A DNA stretch of 64,000 bases from the human T2T-CHM13v2.0 reference genome, Homo sapiens, in the NCBI RefSeq assembly GCF_009914755.1, contig NC_060932.1; one strand, written 5' to 3'. This document shows positions 60,198 through 64,000 of this stretch, piece after piece. Both the position numbers and the translations under genes were made by a program. The notes under the pieces were generated by a model, which did not search any database, had not been told where the DNA came from, and saw nothing but the letters and a program-made list of their open reading frames with translations. Numbering within the stretch: the stretch's first letter is position 1; the number at the start of each line of letters is the position of its first letter.

Positions 60198-60870
60198 CTC
60201 AATCTATTAATAGAGTTCATTTCTGACCAAAATCTTAAAAGAATTTGCAAAGGGATTTGACAAATCAATCCTTAAAAAAAACCTTTTAGCATGGACTTTT
60301 TCAAATATATTAAAAAATTAGAGGAATACTTTAATGTATTACATAGCTTCAATAATTACCAACACAAGGTCAATCTTGGACAAGTCCATTTTTAAGTTCA
60401 TCTGAAGAGTAACTAGCCATTAACATCTGAAAAAGACAAAGGAAGAGAAACTTTAATAGTTATCTAACAGAGGTATTGCAGATAGCCCTGAAACAGACTC
60501 ACATTTTTGTGGTCATTCAGAGAGTGACAAAGGTGCAATTTCAAATCAGTGTAGAAAGGATGGCTTAAAATTAATATTATTAGGTCAATGGGCTACAAAA
60601 TTGGGAAGAATTGAAGTTAAATAATTTACAGCATATGGAAAATAAATTTCAGATGGATTAGAGCTCTAAATGTAAAGTTAAGCCTATAAGAAAATTAGAA
60701 AAAGTTATAAGGGAATTATAGATTAGTAATCTTGGTGTGACTGTCTCCCCAAGCCATGTAAGAATGATAAATCTGATTACATGAAAACCTTAAGCTTCTA
60801 CAGAGTGAAAAAAACAAATTAAAAGACAAGTTAGAGACTGCGAGAAACATATGTCACTCATAAATCAGAC
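60198..60870 (+). mobile_element. Old L1 (L1M/L1ME) ORF2 fragment, continuing the piece left of the pseudogene (~56560-57130)
   Basis: 'atgtcaataatccc...|...aaaatc...atttgacaaatcaatccttaaaa' resumes across the insertion; further degenerate L1 ORF2 motifs. Confidence 0.6.
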
Positions 60871-61690
60871 CAAGGAGACTGGACGAAGACATGGAGATGT
60901 GAAGTAGGAGGTGTGCTCAGGAACATAGTTTAATGTCATCCACGTACAGGATAAACGGCTTCCCACGTCATGTCCCAGAAATCGATTAGTCGATGGGATT
61001 TGGGTGAGTACTTTCTTCTCTCTGTTTTCCTGAATTTTTCTTTTTTCTTTCTTCCCCTTTCTTCTTTCTCTTTTTTTCAGAATGATGGTGTGTTTGTAAT
61101 CGACATTTTAAAAATTCTGTAACAATTAAATTTGGGGGCGGCCTTCCCTTGTTTCCCGTATGGAGTGTTGATGTTTCAGCAGCTTTATTTGGAGTTTACA
61201 CGTGGAGGCACCTGGGTTTGGGGATTCCTTTGTGTCCCCAAGACACCTATTGCAGAAGTGAGTCCTAAGAGGTAGAAAACAGATGCGTGCGCAGGGCTGG
61301 GTGAAGCACTGTGGAGCCTGTGTGAGAGGAGGCACGGGCGCGAACACAGGAGCGCACTTCCTCATTCCGTTTCTCCTCATCCTCTCTCCCACTGCCACTG
61401 GCATCACTCATCCCATCCGGTCATCCCAAGTCACACGCAAGAGTTCGTTCCCGGCGCGCGCGTCAGCCTGACTCGAGCGTCTCCACGTCCGGGGCCCGCA
61501 GGGGAGCGCCCCTGCCCCGTCCGGTCGCTTGTTGTGTTGTCATCACGTGGCCTGGGCGGGCCCTGACGTCAGGGGCAGGGGAGGGACGGCGCAGGCGCAG
61601 AAAAGGGGGCGGCGGACTCGGCTTGTTGTGTTGCTGCCTGAGTGCCGGAGACGGTCCTGCTGCTGCCGCAGTCCTGCCAGCTGTCCGACA

Positions 61691-61790
61691 ATGTCGTCCC
61701 ACCTAGTCGAGCCGCCGCCGCCCCTGCACAACAACAACAACAACTGCGAGGAAAATGAGCAGTCTCTGCCCCCGCCGGCCGGCCTCAACA
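61691..61790 (+). CDS. BNIP3L: BNIP3L/NIX mitophagy receptor, coding exon 1 (MSSHLVEPPPPLHNNNNNCEENEQSLPPPAGLN)
   Basis: ACAATG start context; recognisable NIX N-terminus; donor ACA|gtgagt at 61791; rest of gene lies beyond the window. Confidence 0.97.
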
Positions 61791-62086
61791 GTGAGTGCGG
61801 GGCCGAGGCTCTGTGAAGGGGATGGGGGAGGAGGAGCAGCCCCGGCCGCCGCCACCGGCGCGGCGCGGGAGGCGGGAGGAGAAGGCAGCTCATTGGCTCA
61901 GGCATGGGATGTCCAGGTGACTGACAGCTCCCGTCCCCTGTCAAGAGGAGGGGCGCCTGCCTTGCTCCGGGCCTCTCTGTTGCCTCCTGGGGTCTTGGGC
62001 CCGGGGCCGTTTGGGCTCGCGGTCCGGGAGCGGCGCGGGTAGCGCGGATCCCCTTGGTGCGGGGGGTGGTCCCCAGCAGCGGAGCC

Positions 62087-62230
62087 GGGCGGGGCGGGGC
62101 GGGGCGGGGGCGGGCCTGGGGGGCGGGGAGGCCGGGTGGGCGGAGCGGGCCGCGGAGGGGACGTGGGCCGGGATGGGGACGTGCGGCGGGGACGCCGGGG
62201 GATGGACGCGCGGGAGCGGGGCGGGGCGGG
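62087..62230 (+). other. G-quadruplex-prone (GGGGC)n tract in BNIP3L intron 1
   Basis: gggcggggcggggcggggcgggggcggg and further G-runs. Confidence 0.7.
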
Positions 62231-63292
62231 CGGCTGCCGCGGGACGTGTCGGGGATCAGGTGTGCGGGGCTCGCGGGCGGGCAGCGTCTGGCGGGCGCGG
62301 GAGCCCCCCAGCGAGCATTCCTTTGTTGCCACACGTTTGTCAGGAAAATTCATTTGCTCGTCTAGGGTTGGCTTCAGTCACGTGTGGGGTGAGAGGCTGT
62401 GCCTTGCTTCTCCTTTTTCCTTTTTTATTTTTTTATTAGATTTCTCGAAGTTGCCCAAGTGATTTTTTTTTTTTTAAAGCGATGGGTTGTGCGCCCAGTA
62501 AAGCTGAGAGCAGCCTCCTGAACCACCCAAGATTGCACACGTCAGGGAGTCTGGGGCCATGCATTTAAAGAAACGGAATTAAAAACGCACTCGGGCAGTT
62601 GAAAGTTAACGGACGAGGCTGATAGACAACCCAGGCCAGGGTCTTTTCATAACATTCCGCTGCCCAGACATCTTGTCCTCAGATTGTTCCTAGTCGTGAG
62701 AACCGGGAGCCTTCTTGGAAGGGTTCTTGCCTAACCTTTCTTTAATTCAACTCTTGGGAAAGAGGTAATGGGAGCAGTGAGCATATGGCCAGATGAAGTC
62801 TTTTCAAAACCACTTGGATGCTTAAAGGTCATGCAGTATCTTTCGTAAGAGGGAGGTGCTTCCAGTGTGGCCTGAAGATTATTTTAGGGAAGAGAGTTTC
62901 AGCCCTCACCAGGTAGCGATGGAGTTTGGAGATTTTAAGATGGATGCTGCTGCTCCAGGTTTTGATGGGTTAATTCCCAAAACCTTTAAGTGTCATATAT
63001 TCCAGAATGTAAGATGGTTATATTATTTCCCACAGTAAATTAGGATGAATGTATGAGTCTTTAAACGTTACTTGTATCACATATTCCTATGCAATTTTAA
63101 GTTATTTGCCCATGTTTAGCATACTGTCTTAGATTTTAGAATGGGAAGAAACTTCAGAGCTAGCTAACTGCCTCCTGTTGTTTGCCTGTAGAGAAACAGG
63201 TCTAGAGTAAATGGCCTTGTCCAAGTTCACAACCGGCTGGGAGCAAAGCAGAGGTTCTCATGTTCAGCCTGTCTACTGCTCTTTTGAGGACA

Positions 63293-63777
<485 letters not shown>

Positions 63778-63874
63778 TGAGTGAAGATACTTGGTAGGTG
63801 TACGTGATTTCACTGAAAGCAAAGGGATTTTCATCTTCCTTTGACCCTTTAACAACAACAACAAAAAGGGCTGA

Positions 63875-64000
63875 GCCAGGCAGGGCACGATGGCTCACAC
63901 CTGTCATCCTAGCACTTTGGGAGGCCAAAGCGAGTGGATCACTTGAGGTCAGGAGTTCGAGACCAGCCTGGCCAACATGGTGAGAGAACAACCCCCTCTC
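63875..64000 (+). mobile_element. Alu left arm running off the window
   Basis: 'tggctcacacctgtcatcctagcactttgggaggcc...ggccaacatggtgaga'. Confidence 0.85.

Larger units (their letters stand above)
61280..62330. promoter_or_regulatory. BNIP3L: CpG-island promoter of BNIP3L
   Basis: High GC/CpG; CACGTG 61544-49 (also 61199-204, GTCACGTG 62377-84), CRE TGACGTCA 61564-71, NRF1-like GCGCAGGCGCA 61589-99, GC boxes. Confidence 0.9.

Noticed and set aside
61543-62462. Overlapping 95-263 aa ORFs on both strands
   Set aside because: Stop-poor GC-rich CpG island giving low-complexity Pro/Arg/Gly translations; only 61691-61790 is supported as coding.

Overview
Primate (almost certainly human, 8p21.2) genomic DNA. 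The + strand carries the 3' two-thirds of PPP2R2A (PP2A B55-alpha regulatory subunit): eight coding exons (canonical exons 3-10; 17451-48972) splice into one frame ending ...IFQDKVN*, followed by a ~2.3 kb 3'UTR with tandem poly(A) signals. Intron 6 (39712-41243) is a U12-type minor intron. A full-length processed SDAD1 pseudogene (SDAD1P1, - strand, ~57139-60197) sits inside an old L1, head-to-head with the CpG-island promoter and first coding exon of BNIP3L/NIX (ATG 61691). The rest is intronic/intergenic DNA rich in Alu, L1, L2, MaLR/ERV and DNA-transposon relics. Best leads: (1) an ancient CORE-SINE fragment in PPP2R2A intron 3 shaped like a 71-nt poison exon; (2) the SDAD1 retrocopy contains a 75-nt intron-end insert, i.e. 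a fossil stop-containing splice isoform; (3) an Alu whose target-site duplication encloses extra 3' sequence ending at a Pol III terminator (3' transduction); (4) a nested double fold-back palindrome and twin CTCF motifs between PPP2R2A and BNIP3L; (5) a 143-bp dispersed duplication. Gene and repeat names rest on recognition from memory, not database searches; repeat boundaries are approximate.
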